A stretch of DNA of 63,958 nucleotides, the filler included, from an uncultured Myxococcia bacterium (GTDB taxonomy: Bacteria > CAZTWC01): NCBI GenBank assembly GCA_964617105.1. It is 4 parts of 4 records of this genome, joined end to end, with 100 filler letters (N's around TTAATTAATTAA, not from the genome) between each part and the next. Parts side by side here need not be neighbours in the genome. Positions count along the whole stretch, not along the records: positions 18,930 to 37,712 come from CAZTWC010000045.1; positions 37,813 to 56,334 come from CAZTWC010000046.1; 2 more parts are not named here. The stretch is one strand, 5' to 3'. Of this stretch, positions 30,851 to 39,936 are shown piece by piece. Position numbers and translations under genes: made by a program. Every line of letters begins with the position of its first letter. Within the stretch, counting starts at the first letter, position 1. The notes beneath the pieces were generated by a model that worked only from the letters and a program-made list of their open reading frames with translations, made no database searches and was not told where the DNA came from.

Positions 30851-31726
30851 ATGGCCGATTTTTTGCAAATGCTGGTTGGCGGTATGGTTACTGGCTCTTC
30901 TTACGCCCTGATCGGATTGGCCATGGTGATTATCTATAAAACCTCCCAGGTGCTGAATTTTGCCCAGGGAGAGATGGCTCTGGCCACTGTTTTTTTCACT
31001 TACATGATCCTGGCTACCCACAATTTCCCTTTTTATCTCGCTTTTCCGGCAGCCTTGATTTTCGCCCTGATTTTAGGTTTTTTTCTAGAGTTCGCCATTT
31101 TAAGGCGCACCCAGAATCCTACTATTTTAGGGATGATCATCATCACTCTGGGGATGGAGATGATACTAATGGGCTTTGTCTCCTGGAAATTTGGGGCTGA
31201 ACCAAAGACCTTGCCTTTTCCCTTTTTACCTTATGATAGTTTTGCTTTGGGACCGGTTTATATCAGTTACCTGGAACTTTTAAATTTTTTGGCCGCATTG
31301 CTGGTAATGACCATCCTGTTTTTGTTCTTTCGCTACTCCAAACTGGGTTTGGCCATGAAGGCTACTCAACAGAACCGGGAAGTGGCCCGCCTGATGGGGA
31401 TCAACACCAATCGGATATTGATGGTCACCTGGGGTCTGTCATCCCTGGTGGGCTGTATTGCCGGGCTGTTTATGGCTCCAGTTACCATGCATCCCTACAT
31501 GATGTGGGACCCAATGCTAAAGGGGTTCGCAGCCGCTGTTTTGGGCGGGATGACCTCGCTGCCGGGCGCGGTAGTGGGCGCCTATATATTGGGAATAATC
31601 GAAAACCTATTTGGCGGTTATATATCTATCGAGTTTAAGTCAGTAGTGACTTTTGCCATTATTGTTTTGGTGCTTTGCCTAAAGCCATCCGGACTTTTTG
31701 CCAGGCATTACATTAAGAAAGTATAA
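30851..31726 (+). CDS. livH: Branched-chain amino acid-type ABC permease
   Basis: GS.YAL, LNFAQGE, GLAMKA, F.AAVLGG. Confidence 0.88.
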   Translation: MADFLQMLVGGMVTGSSYALIGLAMVIIYKTSQVLNFAQGEMALATVFFTYMILATHNFPFYLAFPAALIFALILGFFLEFAILRRTQNPTILGMIIITLGMEMILMGFVSWKFGAEPKTLPFPFLPYDSFALGPVYISYLELLNFLAALLVMTILFLFFRYSKLGLAMKATQQNREVARLMGINTNRILMVTWGLSSLVGCIAGLFMAPVTMHPYMMWDPMLKGFAAAVLGGMTSLPGAVVGAYILGIIENLFGGYISIEFKSVVTFAIIVLVLCLKPSGLFARHYIKKV

Positions 31727-31753
31727 GAAGAAACTATTAAGAAAGGAGTTTTC

Positions 31754-32953
31754 ATGAATCTTAAGAAAGTATTTACCTTGCTAAGTTGTTTCCTGCTGGT
31801 TTCACTATTAACCCTGGGCGTACAGGCGGGTGAGAAAAAAGTGAAAATTGGGGTTACCGACAAAGAGATCCACATCGGTCAGTGGGGTCCTCAGACCGGT
31901 CCTGCTGCTCCCTGGGGAGCAGTGTCCCGTGGTACGGCCGCCTATTTCAAAATGCTCAATGACAATGGTGGACTCCATGGAAGAAAAATTGTTTATCATA
32001 TGTTTGATGATTCCTACAATCCGGCCAAAACCAAGGCTGGCGTAAAGAAATTGCAGGAGAGCGTAGGGATCTTTGCCTGGGTAGGCGGCGTGGGTACCGC
32101 TACCGGTATGGCAGTAAAAGATTACTTGATGGAGCGGAATATCCCCTGGGTAAGTCCGGCCGCTGGTTCCTCCCACTGGACTAACCCTCCAAAGAAATAT
32201 CTGTTCTCAACTTATCCGGTTTACCAGGCGGAAGCCAAAGCCATTTGCCAGTATGCCGTTGAAACCATGAAGAAAAAACGGGTGGCCATTGTCTATCAAA
32301 ACGATGATTATGGAAAATTCGGCATGCAAGGAGCTCAAGAGACCCTGGCCAAATTCAATTTGAAATTGGTGGCAGCAGTGCCGGCTGAAAAAGCGGACAT
32401 GGACATGAGACCCCATGTGATGCGCCTCAGAAAGGCTAGAGCCGATGCAGTACTGCTATGGGTCAGCCCGGTGCAGGCGGTCAAAATAGTGGGCATTGGC
32501 AAAGCCATGAGATTTAAAGCTCAATGGTTTACCTCTAGCACTCTGTCCGATTTTGATATGATGGATGATATTAGCAAAGGTAACTGGGACGGGGTTATTG
32601 CCGCTGCTTTTGCCCAAACTCCGGATGCCAAGATTGAACTGATGAAAAAATACCGGGCAGCCCATAAAAAATACGCTGCCAAAGACGAGCGTTGGAGTGT
32701 GTTTTATTACGCTGGCATGGGTCTGGCTGAACCACTGGTAGAAGCCATCAAAAGGGTAGGCAAAGAGTTGACTCGGGAGAAAGTGGTAAAAGAGTTAGAA
32801 GGGTTCAAGGATTTTCAGGGAATCATGGGCAAAATATCTTTCAAACCTTATAATCCCAAAGATCCCAGTTGCCGGCAGGGACAAAAGCATATCTTTTTGG
32901 TGCAGTATAAAGACAACAAGTTTGTAAAATTAACCGATTGGGTTGCTCCGTAA
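31754..32953 (+). CDS. Liv-type ABC substrate-binding protein
   Basis: Signal peptide, GVTD.EI.IG...P.TGPAA, N..GG.HGRKI, YQNDDYG. Confidence 0.9.
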   Translation: MNLKKVFTLLSCFLLVSLLTLGVQAGEKKVKIGVTDKEIHIGQWGPQTGPAAPWGAVSRGTAAYFKMLNDNGGLHGRKIVYHMFDDSYNPAKTKAGVKKLQESVGIFAWVGGVGTATGMAVKDYLMERNIPWVSPAAGSSHWTNPPKKYLFSTYPVYQAEAKAICQYAVETMKKKRVAIVYQNDDYGKFGMQGAQETLAKFNLKLVAAVPAEKADMDMRPHVMRLRKARADAVLLWVSPVQAVKIVGIGKAMRFKAQWFTSSTLSDFDMMDDISKGNWDGVIAAAFAQTPDAKIELMKKYRAAHKKYAAKDERWSVFYYAGMGLAEPLVEAIKRVGKELTREKVVKELEGFKDFQGIMGKISFKPYNPKDPSCRQGQKHIFLVQYKDNKFVKLTDWVAP

Positions 32954-32994
32954 TAACGAGAGTTAAGAACAAAAAGAATTCCCGGCATTTTAAT

Positions 32995-33039
32995 CCGGTG
33001 AAATAGTTTTGCTCTGGACAAAGGTCCGAATTTCACCGG
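32995..33039. promoter_or_regulatory. Intercistronic stem-loop after SBP gene
   Basis: CCGGTGAAAT / ATTTCACCGG 10-bp arms enclosing GGAC-aaag-GTCC. Confidence 0.55.
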
Positions 33040-33067
33040 GTGAATGTTGAGTTGAAGGAGTAATAAT

Positions 33068-33848
33068 TTGTCCTTTCCATTTTTTATGGTCGAAGATCTC
33101 TCCATCTCTTTTGGAGGGGTAAAAGCGCTAGAGGGGATCTCTTTTCAGGTGGAACCTGGCAGTATTACCTCTATCATTGGCCCAAACGGGGCGGGCAAAA
33201 CCACTCTCTTTAACTGTATCAGCGGTATCTATCATCCGGATAGAGGCCAGATTATCTATAATGGCGAACAGATCCAGGGAAAAAGACCTGATCAGGTGGC
33301 TGTCCTGGGAGTAGCCCGCACTTTCCAAAACATCGAACTTTTCTCCATGATGACCGCCATGGAAAATCTGATGTTGGGACGGCATATCTATATGCAGACC
33401 GGACTTCTGCGAGGAGCCCTGATGTGGGGAAAGCGCTCATTTGCCGGTCGCGAAGAGACCGCCAACCGTCGCCGGGTGGAAGAGATAATAGATTTTTTAG
33501 ATCTACACAGTGCCAGGAATCAATATGTGCTCAATCTTCCTTACGGAACCCGTAAAACCGTAGAATTGGGCCGGGCTCTGGCCCTGGAACCCAAACTTCT
33601 TTTGCTGGATGAGCCCACGGCGGGTATGAATATGGAGGAGAAGCAGGATATGATCACCTGGATGCAGGAGATCAGAGACCATCTTATTGATAGAGCACGA
33701 CATGAACATGATCATGGACATTTCCGACAGTATCGTGGTTCTCAATTTCGGTCACAAGATTGCTGCCGGCCCACCTGGGGAGGTTCAACGACACCCAGAG
33801 GTCTTGAGCGCTTACCTGGGGGAGGAGGATACTCCTTGCTGTCAGTAA
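33068..33848 (+). pseudogene. livG: LivG-type ATP-binding protein, frameshifted at about 33677
   Basis: N-part GPNGAGKT..RTFQN..LLDEP; C-part TILLIEHDM...AYLGEEDTPCCQ* lies in another frame from 33678. Confidence 0.85.
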
Positions 33849-34606
33849 ATAATATCGAAACCATCTATTATGGCCTACTCCATGCTTTGCGTGGAGTTTC
33901 TCTCAATGTGAAGGAAGGACAGATAGTTACCATCCTGGGCGCCAATGGAGCGGGCAAATCCACTTTGCTCAAAACCATTATGGGGCTTTTGGAGGATCAG
34001 CCCGATAAGGGCACTATCAAGTTTCAAGGAGAATTGATTAACGGATTGGACACCGAGAGGATAGTCCGCCAGGGGATCTCTTACGTACCTGAGGACCGGG
34101 AGGTATTTGAGGAGTTGACTGTCAAGGAAAATCTCTTACTGGGTGCGTACACGGTATCTAATAGTAGTCAGGTGGCCCAAGACCTGGAAAAGATTTTTAA
34201 CCATTTTCCTGTTCTGCAAGAGCGGCAAAAACAGTGGGCAGGCACCCTATCCGGTGGTGAGCAGCAAACGTTGGCCATTAGCCGGGCTATGATGAGCCGG
34301 CCTAAACTTCTTCTCCTGGATGAACCGTCACTGGGGCTTTCTCCCCTGTTGGTCAAGGAGATGTTTAAGATCATAAAACAGATAAATGACCTGGGAACCA
34401 CCATCGTGTTGGTGGAACAAAATGCCCGGATGGCTTTGGCTTTAGCAGACTTTGTCATGATTTTGGAAAATGGCCGCTTTGTGTTGGAGGGCAGCCCTGA
34501 AGAACTAGCTCAGGATGAAGATGTCAAAGAGTTCTATTTAGGAGTGGAAAAGCAAGATTCTATCAAAGGATACAAACGTTACAAACGAAAGAAACGGTGG
34601 CGGTAA
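33836..34606 (+). CDS. livF: LivF-type ATP-binding protein
   Basis: TTG start after GGAGG; GANGAGKS, LSGGEQQ, LDEPSLGL.P, VEQNA. Confidence 0.9.
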   Translation: MLSVNNIETIYYGLLHALRGVSLNVKEGQIVTILGANGAGKSTLLKTIMGLLEDQPDKGTIKFQGELINGLDTERIVRQGISYVPEDREVFEELTVKENLLLGAYTVSNSSQVAQDLEKIFNHFPVLQERQKQWAGTLSGGEQQTLAISRAMMSRPKLLLLDEPSLGLSPLLVKEMFKIIKQINDLGTTIVLVEQNARMALALADFVMILENGRFVLEGSPEELAQDEDVKEFYLGVEKQDSIKGYKRYKRKKRWR

Positions 34607-34677
34607 AATCCTTGAAATCTCTCCTGAACCGTCTAGATCTCCGCAGGAAAAGTTTTCGGACGGACACTGCTATATAA

Positions 34678-35856
34678 TCATAGATCGTCTTTACGGTCGG
34701 TTACCTGCAAATAGTTATCCTGGTCAAGAGTTCCAATATCACCGCTGGCAAACCAGCCATTAGCGTCAAAGGGATCTACCAGGGAATCATATTCAAGGTA
34801 TCCCTTTAGCAGGGTTGGACCTTTGAGCATGATTTCGCCATCTGGAGCTATTTTAATCTGGCGCCAGGGCAAGGGTTTTCCGGCGGTGGTCAAGTGTTGA
34901 GCAGTATCATCCTGGGCTGTAGTGGTAACCTGAGAGGATGCTTCTGTGGAACCATAACTGTTAAAAATTGGCAAACCAGCGTCCTGGGCCTGTTCAACTA
35001 ACTCCGGTGGTATAGGCCCGTCTTCTATCAGAATAGCTTGCAGACTTTTTTGGGCCTTGGATAAGTTGTTGCTGTCTGCCAGCAGGTGAGATAATTGAGT
35101 GGGCGACATAGAAACATGGGTTATATTGTGTTTGCCGATGCTATCTGCCAGTTTTTCCCCAGCAGTTGGGAAAACAAGGCTGCCGCCTCCTAAAGCAGCC
35201 CGCATTAAAATAGCCAGCCCGTCAACCCGATAAAAGGGCAGGGAAGCCAGCCAACGGTTGCCTGGGCAAAAGGGGATGTTTTGGTTAAAACCTGCAGCAC
35301 TGTAATAATGAGCGGAATAGGTGTGAAGCACCGCCTTGCCAGAGTCGGAATTCTCAGAGGTAAGCAAAATGGAGGCATCTTGTTCACTATGAAAATCAGT
35401 TGAAGATGGAGATCTCCCCCACTCTATTTGATGGAGGTAGATAGTTTCTATTGGAACTGCGTCCCTATGTTCATTAGTGTCTGTGATTAAGGTTTTGCAG
35501 TCCAGGCGCAACAGAGTGTTGGCCAAATCATTATTGGGCAAAAGGTTACTGATGGGAACAGTGATTACTCCTAGTTTTAGAGCGGCAAAAAAGGTCACCG
35601 CATATTTGGGAGAATTGGGCAGATAAACCGCCAGTCTATCCCCCTTTTTCAGCCCCCGTTGTTGTAGATAACCGGCCATACGGAAGGCGGTATAATTAAC
35701 CTGACGCCAGATGATATCGTCGCCCTTTGAACTAATAATGGCTGTTTGGTTAGCAAAACGGTGGGCAGCCAAGGTCAAGGGATATTGTTCCAGGTCAGTG
35801 TTCAATTCATCCTGAAGGGGTGGTATTTGATCACAATCAGAAGGACAGGTGCTCAT
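34678..35856 (-). pseudogene. menE: Degenerate, C-terminally truncated o-succinylbenzoate-CoA ligase-like ANL enzyme
   Basis: AMP-binding fold (SYGSTE, F.SGDIG, RKDD) but P-loop reads TSENSDSGK; stops at RKDDL with no C-terminal subdomain. Confidence 0.65.
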
Positions 35857-36200
35857 AGTATCTCCATTTTTTTTATCAGAGCCTAAGGTCAAAAAATATA
35901 TTATTAACCATAACACAAAAACCTAATATTTTACTAGTCTATCCATGCAGATTTATTGTTCTCCGGTTTTTCAATAACCATTGACCAAGATTATTATCTT
36001 TGATAATCTTGGTCAGAGTCAGATTTCGTCCGAGAATTCATGTGGTTGTGAGAATTCAATTACCCAAATTTAGCCTTTCTGTGCAACAAATATGCTCAAT
36101 GATTTTTTTCCAGGTATTATTCATGCAAATCATTATGAACAATATAACCATTGAGATTAACGGGCAAACTATTTTAAAAGAGTTTACCTGCAGGTAGATA

Positions 36201-36370
36201 TAGCAACGATTAAATGAAATTAGCGATCAGTAGCCCTTTGATTAACCAGGTTCATGCCCCTCAGTCATTGTCATTTTAGGCGCAAACCTGCCTTCGCGGC
36301 ATGAACCTGGTTAATTCGTCACGAGTTAATACTTTTTGCTGACATCGATAAAATCTATTAAGATTTGCTA
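36201..36370. mobile_element. 170-bp MITE with TAGCAA...TTGCTA ends and TA target duplication
   Basis: Imperfect terminal inverted repeats, TA at 36199-36200 and 36371-36372; interrupts ABC gene. Confidence 0.72.
36241..36315. repeat. Perfect 18-bp inverted repeat pair (possible nested MITE)
   Basis: attaaccaggttcatgcc (36241-36258) / ggcatgaacctggttaat (36298-36315). Confidence 0.88.
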
Positions 36371-36652
36371 TAAAGGTGAGCATCTGGTGCTTACCGGGAA
36401 ATCCGGGGTTGGCAAATCTACAATTTTACAGGCCATATTGGGATTTGTTATTCCCACTGAGGGTTGTATAACCGTGAATGAGACCGAACTGAACAGTAAA
36501 ACAGTCTGGCAGGTTAGACAAAAAATCGCCTATGTTCCCCAGGAGCCGGAATTGGGGGAAGGCAGTGTTAAAGATGTGGTCTATTTTCCTTTTTCCCTGA
36601 AGGCCAACCAGGAGCATAGTGTTTATTGATGAATTTTCAGGAGATCTCTTTT

Positions 36653-37342
36653 ATGGATAATTATATCGACAACCTGGTCAAAATTTTCAGGAGCAACGCC
36701 AACCGCCAGGATGCCATCCAATTTGAGCGTTATATGCGCAATCAGTTCCAGTTTATCGGCATCAGGTCTCCCCGACGCAAAGAGATCTCTCGTCCTTTTT
36801 TAAGGCGGGAGAATTTGCCAGACCTGGATAATACAGATCAGATTGTCCGGCAATTATGGGATTTACCAGAGCGGGAGTTCCAGTATTTTGCCATGGATCT
36901 GGTGGGTAAATATGTAAAAAAGGCGGAAATTGACATTATTACTTTGCTGGAGCATATGGTGATTAACAAGTCCTGGTGGGATACAGTTGATCTAATTGCT
37001 GGAACCCAGGTGGGAAACTACTTTAAAAAATATCCCCAACAGATAATCCCTTGCACCGAAAAATGGATGGCTGTCGATAATTTCTGGCTGCAGAGAACCG
37101 CCTTGCTTTTTCAGTTGAAATATAAACAGAGCACAGATGAAGACCTTCTATACACCTACATCAAGCGATTATGCCATTTAAAAGAGTTTTTTATTCAAAA
37201 AGCAATTGGTTGGTCCCTTAGAGAATACTCAAAGACCAATCCCCTCTCTGTGGAGCAGTTTGTCAAGGCCAATCAGGCTGAATTAGCCCCATTAAGCAAG
37301 CGGGAGGCTTTAAAAATTATTGTTAAAAATCAAAAAGCATAG
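36653..37342 (+). CDS. DNA alkylation repair protein (AlkD family)
   Basis: YMRNQF.F.GI..P.R, LW..PEREFQY, SWWDTVD, EFFIQKAIGW.LREYSK. Confidence 0.9.
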   Translation: MDNYIDNLVKIFRSNANRQDAIQFERYMRNQFQFIGIRSPRRKEISRPFLRRENLPDLDNTDQIVRQLWDLPEREFQYFAMDLVGKYVKKAEIDIITLLEHMVINKSWWDTVDLIAGTQVGNYFKKYPQQIIPCTEKWMAVDNFWLQRTALLFQLKYKQSTDEDLLYTYIKRLCHLKEFFIQKAIGWSLREYSKTNPLSVEQFVKANQAELAPLSKREALKIIVKNQKA

Positions 37343-37405
37343 TAACATTTATAGAGTAAGGGCCATCTATATAAAATGGGCATTACTTTATTGAACTTAT
37401 CTAAA

Positions 37406-37712
37406 GGGGGCGTAACGGTTTCGACGGGGGTAGATGAAGTTCGGATCGCATGCCGAGGGCCGTCGGCCTCGTTAAAAAGGCGGAATATTTAATTGCCAAC
37501 GATGAAATGGCACTCGCTGCATAACAAAAATGTAGCCGTCCTTTGTTGATTTGCCTGTAGGTTCTCAAAGGGCGGAATTTAATACAGGATGCTCCTCTAT
37601 CCTCCCGGCCAGAGGCGGAGGAAAAGACTTTTGGCATCGCCCAATAAAGATCCTGTCGTTTGGAGCTTTAAAGGGTTAAAATATAAAAAAACGACTAAGC
37701 ATGTAGTGCTCC
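37406..37712 (+). ncRNA. ssrA: tmRNA (3' end cut by contig end); tag peptide ANDEMALAA
   Basis: GGGGGCG..GGTTTCGACGGG 5' end, GCATGCCGAGG, tag ORF 37495-37524 ending ALAA-stop, TAAGCATGTAG near 3' end. Confidence 0.95.
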
Positions 37713-37812
37713 NNNNNNNNNNNNNNNNNNNNNNNNNNNNNNNNNNNNNNNNNNNNTTAATTAATTAANNNNNNNNNNNNNNNNNNNNNNNNNNNNNNNN
37801 NNNNNNNNNNNN
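37713..37812. other. Artificial contig linker
   Basis: N44-TTAATTAATTAA-N44. Confidence 0.97.
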
Positions 37813-37813
37813 T

Positions 37814-38119
37814 GATCCAAAGATTCGTTTACCCAATACTCTAAATATCTCTTTCCGTTTTATCGAGGGTGAAGGCATCTTGCTTCTTTTAGATATGAAG
37901 GGAATTGCTGCCTCTTCCGGTTCTGCCTGTACTTCCGGCACTCTTGATCCCTCTCATGTTTTGCTGGCTATGGCGGTAAAACATGAAGATGCTCACGGTT
38001 CAGTTCGTTTTTCCCTGGGCAGTGGTAATAGCCAGGAGGATATCGAACATGTCTTAGATACTCTTCCGGCTGTCATAGAAAAATTGCGGGTCTTGTCGCC
38101 CCTTTGGAACCATAAATAA
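37814..38119 (+). CDS. iscS: Cysteine desulfurase (NifS/IscS), C-terminal part; 5' truncated by contig start
   Basis: RLPNTLNISF..IEGE, SSGSACTS, PSHVL.AM, GSVRFSLG. Confidence 0.92.
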   Translation, partial: DPKIRLPNTLNISFRFIEGEGILLLLDMKGIAASSGSACTSGTLDPSHVLLAMAVKHEDAHGSVRFSLGSGNSQEDIEHVLDTLPAVIEKLRVLSPLWNHK

Positions 38120-38151
38120 TCAAAAATGTCATTATATAAGGAGATTCTTAA

Positions 38152-38355
38152 ATGACTGATAAATGCCAAAAGGCCAAGGACCCTCAGATGTGTTACCGCT
38201 GTATTTCTCTTTGTCGCCAGTTGCTGCAGGTGGATATTATTACTCCAGAAGACCAGGAAAAAGTAAAACAGATAATGCAGAAAATTGAACAGGGATGTGA
38301 GATATCTTCAGTTGAAGTAACTTCTCTTCAGGAGTTGAAACATTACTATTTTTAA
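38152..38355 (+). CDS. Small Cys-containing hypothetical protein
   Basis: AAGGAG SD; C-x8-C-x2-C-x3-C pattern; 67 aa. Confidence 0.6.
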   Translation: MTDKCQKAKDPQMCYRCISLCRQLLQVDIITPEDQEKVKQIMQKIEQGCEISSVEVTSLQELKHYYF

Positions 38356-38388
38356 GTAATTACCCCTCTGTTTTCTTCGGATATTTTA

Positions 38389-38715
38389 ATGGCAACGATT
38401 TTTAGGCGGATTTTTCAAATACTAAAAAGTAATTTGGAAAAATACCCAGAGGAAATAAGTAGTAGAGAAAATCAGGATAATTACAGTTTGGCAAACCAAA
38501 ACCACAAAATTTGTCAACACTACGCCAATCTGGAGTTGCCCTTTGGCGCTCCCCTGGAGGAAGTGGAACGACAATGGAAAAAATTGATGAAAAAGTATCA
38601 CCCAGACCTTTTTGCCAATGCTCCAGAAAAATTGCCGGATGCCCAGAAATTGAGCCAAAGTTTGACCGAGGCTTTTCAAGCGATAAAAGATTACCATTTA
38701 AAGGGAGGTAAATAA
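38389..38715 (+). CDS. Small J-domain (DnaJ-like) co-chaperone
   Basis: Y..LEL..GA..EEV...WKKLMKKYHPD. Confidence 0.88.
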   Translation: MATIFRRIFQILKSNLEKYPEEISSRENQDNYSLANQNHKICQHYANLELPFGAPLEEVERQWKKLMKKYHPDLFANAPEKLPDAQKLSQSLTEAFQAIKDYHLKGGK

Positions 38716-39110
38716 TGAGTCAATATTTCGATACCGTAAAAGAATATTTGTTGGAGATGGGTTTTTATTTTGACCAAGAAGATGAAAGTGAAGAACTGGT
38801 AGTTATCAATGACGAGGAAAAGGGGATAAAAAATTGTGTAATAGACTGCGAAGACCCCATTGTTATAATTGAGCAGATGATTATGACGGTGCCGAAGGAC
38901 GACAAGAAGTTATATAAACGGCTTTTACAGATCAATCGTAATATTGTTTGTGGCGCTTTTGTGCTGGATGAAGATGGTAAGTGGATTATTTTCAGAGATA
39001 CTCTGCAATTAGCCAATTTAGATAAAAACGAGTTGGAAGGTTCGATAAACTCCCTTTCGCTGGCATTGGCTGAACATGCCGGAGAACTTCTCTCTTTTGC
39101 TAAGAAGTGA
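38715..39110 (+). CDS. YbjN/CesT (Tir-chaperone-fold) protein
   Basis: LY.RLLQ.NR....GAF.LD..G..IIFRDTL...NLD..E; 1-nt overlap with J-domain stop, GGAGG SD. Confidence 0.8.
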   Translation: MSQYFDTVKEYLLEMGFYFDQEDESEELVVINDEEKGIKNCVIDCEDPIVIIEQMIMTVPKDDKKLYKRLLQINRNIVCGAFVLDEDGKWIIFRDTLQLANLDKNELEGSINSLSLALAEHAGELLSFAKK

Positions 39111-39193
39111 ATTCTTGGACTGGCGCTGGGTAGTTGGCGACAATGATATAGAAATTAAATAATTATAGATAGATAATAACTTAGGAGGAGAAA

Positions 39194-39934
39194 ATGGCCA
39201 GTATATTTAGTAGGTTATTTAAAATGGGGCAATCAGAGGCCCATGCTGCAGTCGATAAATTTGAAGATCCTATAAAAATGACCGAACAGGGGATAAGGGA
39301 TTTGAAGGGTGATTTGCAAAAAGCGGTAACCAGCCTGGCCCAGGTTAAAGGTATTGCCATAAAACTAAAGAGACAAAAAGATGAGCAGGTAAAACTGGCC
39401 GCAGAATACGAAAGGAAGGCTGTGCTTTTACTGCAAAAAGGGCAAAGCGGCGGATTAAATATAAATGAGGCTGAGAGGTTGGCCAGAGAATCCCTGGCCA
39501 AGAAAGAGGATGCTGCCCAAGAGGCGTTGACTCTTTCCAAACAGTGGCAGCAGCAAGATAGTGCGGCCGAAAAATTGCAGTCAAATATTGGCAAATTACG
39601 CTCAACAGTTTCCTCTTATGAAAATGATCTGATTACCTTAAAAGCCAGAGCCAAGACTGCCCAGGCTACCAAAAAGATCAATCAGCAGTTGGCGAATGTG
39701 GATTCTTCCGGCACCATAGCCATGTTGGAAAAGATGAAAGCCCGGGTGGAAGATGATGAAGTAATGGCCGAAGCCTATGGCGGGATGTTGGAAGACAGCC
39801 AGTCTGATATCGATGATCAGATTAACCGGGCCCTGACCAGCGGAACCGATCTATCTCTTTTGGAGAGTGGTTCCAAAGAAGATAATAAACTAGATGATCA
39901 ACTAGCCCAACTTAAAGCCAAAATAGGAGCCTAA
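39194..39934 (+). CDS. pspA: PspA/IM30 (bacterial ESCRT-III-like) family protein
   Basis: MASIFSRL amphipathic N-terminus, D.FEDP..M.EQ.IRD, LKARA..A.A, E.M...V...E..A.A, LA.LKA. Confidence 0.9.
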   Translation: MASIFSRLFKMGQSEAHAAVDKFEDPIKMTEQGIRDLKGDLQKAVTSLAQVKGIAIKLKRQKDEQVKLAAEYERKAVLLLQKGQSGGLNINEAERLARESLAKKEDAAQEALTLSKQWQQQDSAAEKLQSNIGKLRSTVSSYENDLITLKARAKTAQATKKINQQLANVDSSGTIAMLEKMKARVEDDEVMAEAYGGMLEDSQSDIDDQINRALTSGTDLSLLESGSKEDNKLDDQLAQLKAKIGA

Positions 39935-39936
39935 TT

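Larger units (their letters stand above)
36123..36629 (+). pseudogene. ABC ATP-binding protein fragment interrupted by MITE and 3' truncated
   Basis: MQIIMNNITIEINGQTILKEFTC + KGEHLVLTGKSGVGKST...YVPQEP; no signature or Walker B motif. Confidence 0.8.

Noticed and set aside
33068-34606. 512-aa natural double-ATPase fusion
   Set aside because: True LivG C-terminus is in another frame and LivF has its own SD and start
37401-37637. 78-aa minus-strand ORF
   Set aside because: Antisense to tmRNA
38389-38715. hscB of an isc operon (J-domain after iscS)
   Set aside because: Lacks the HscB C-terminal domain; no iscU/hscA/fdx; coupled to YbjN-PspA instead
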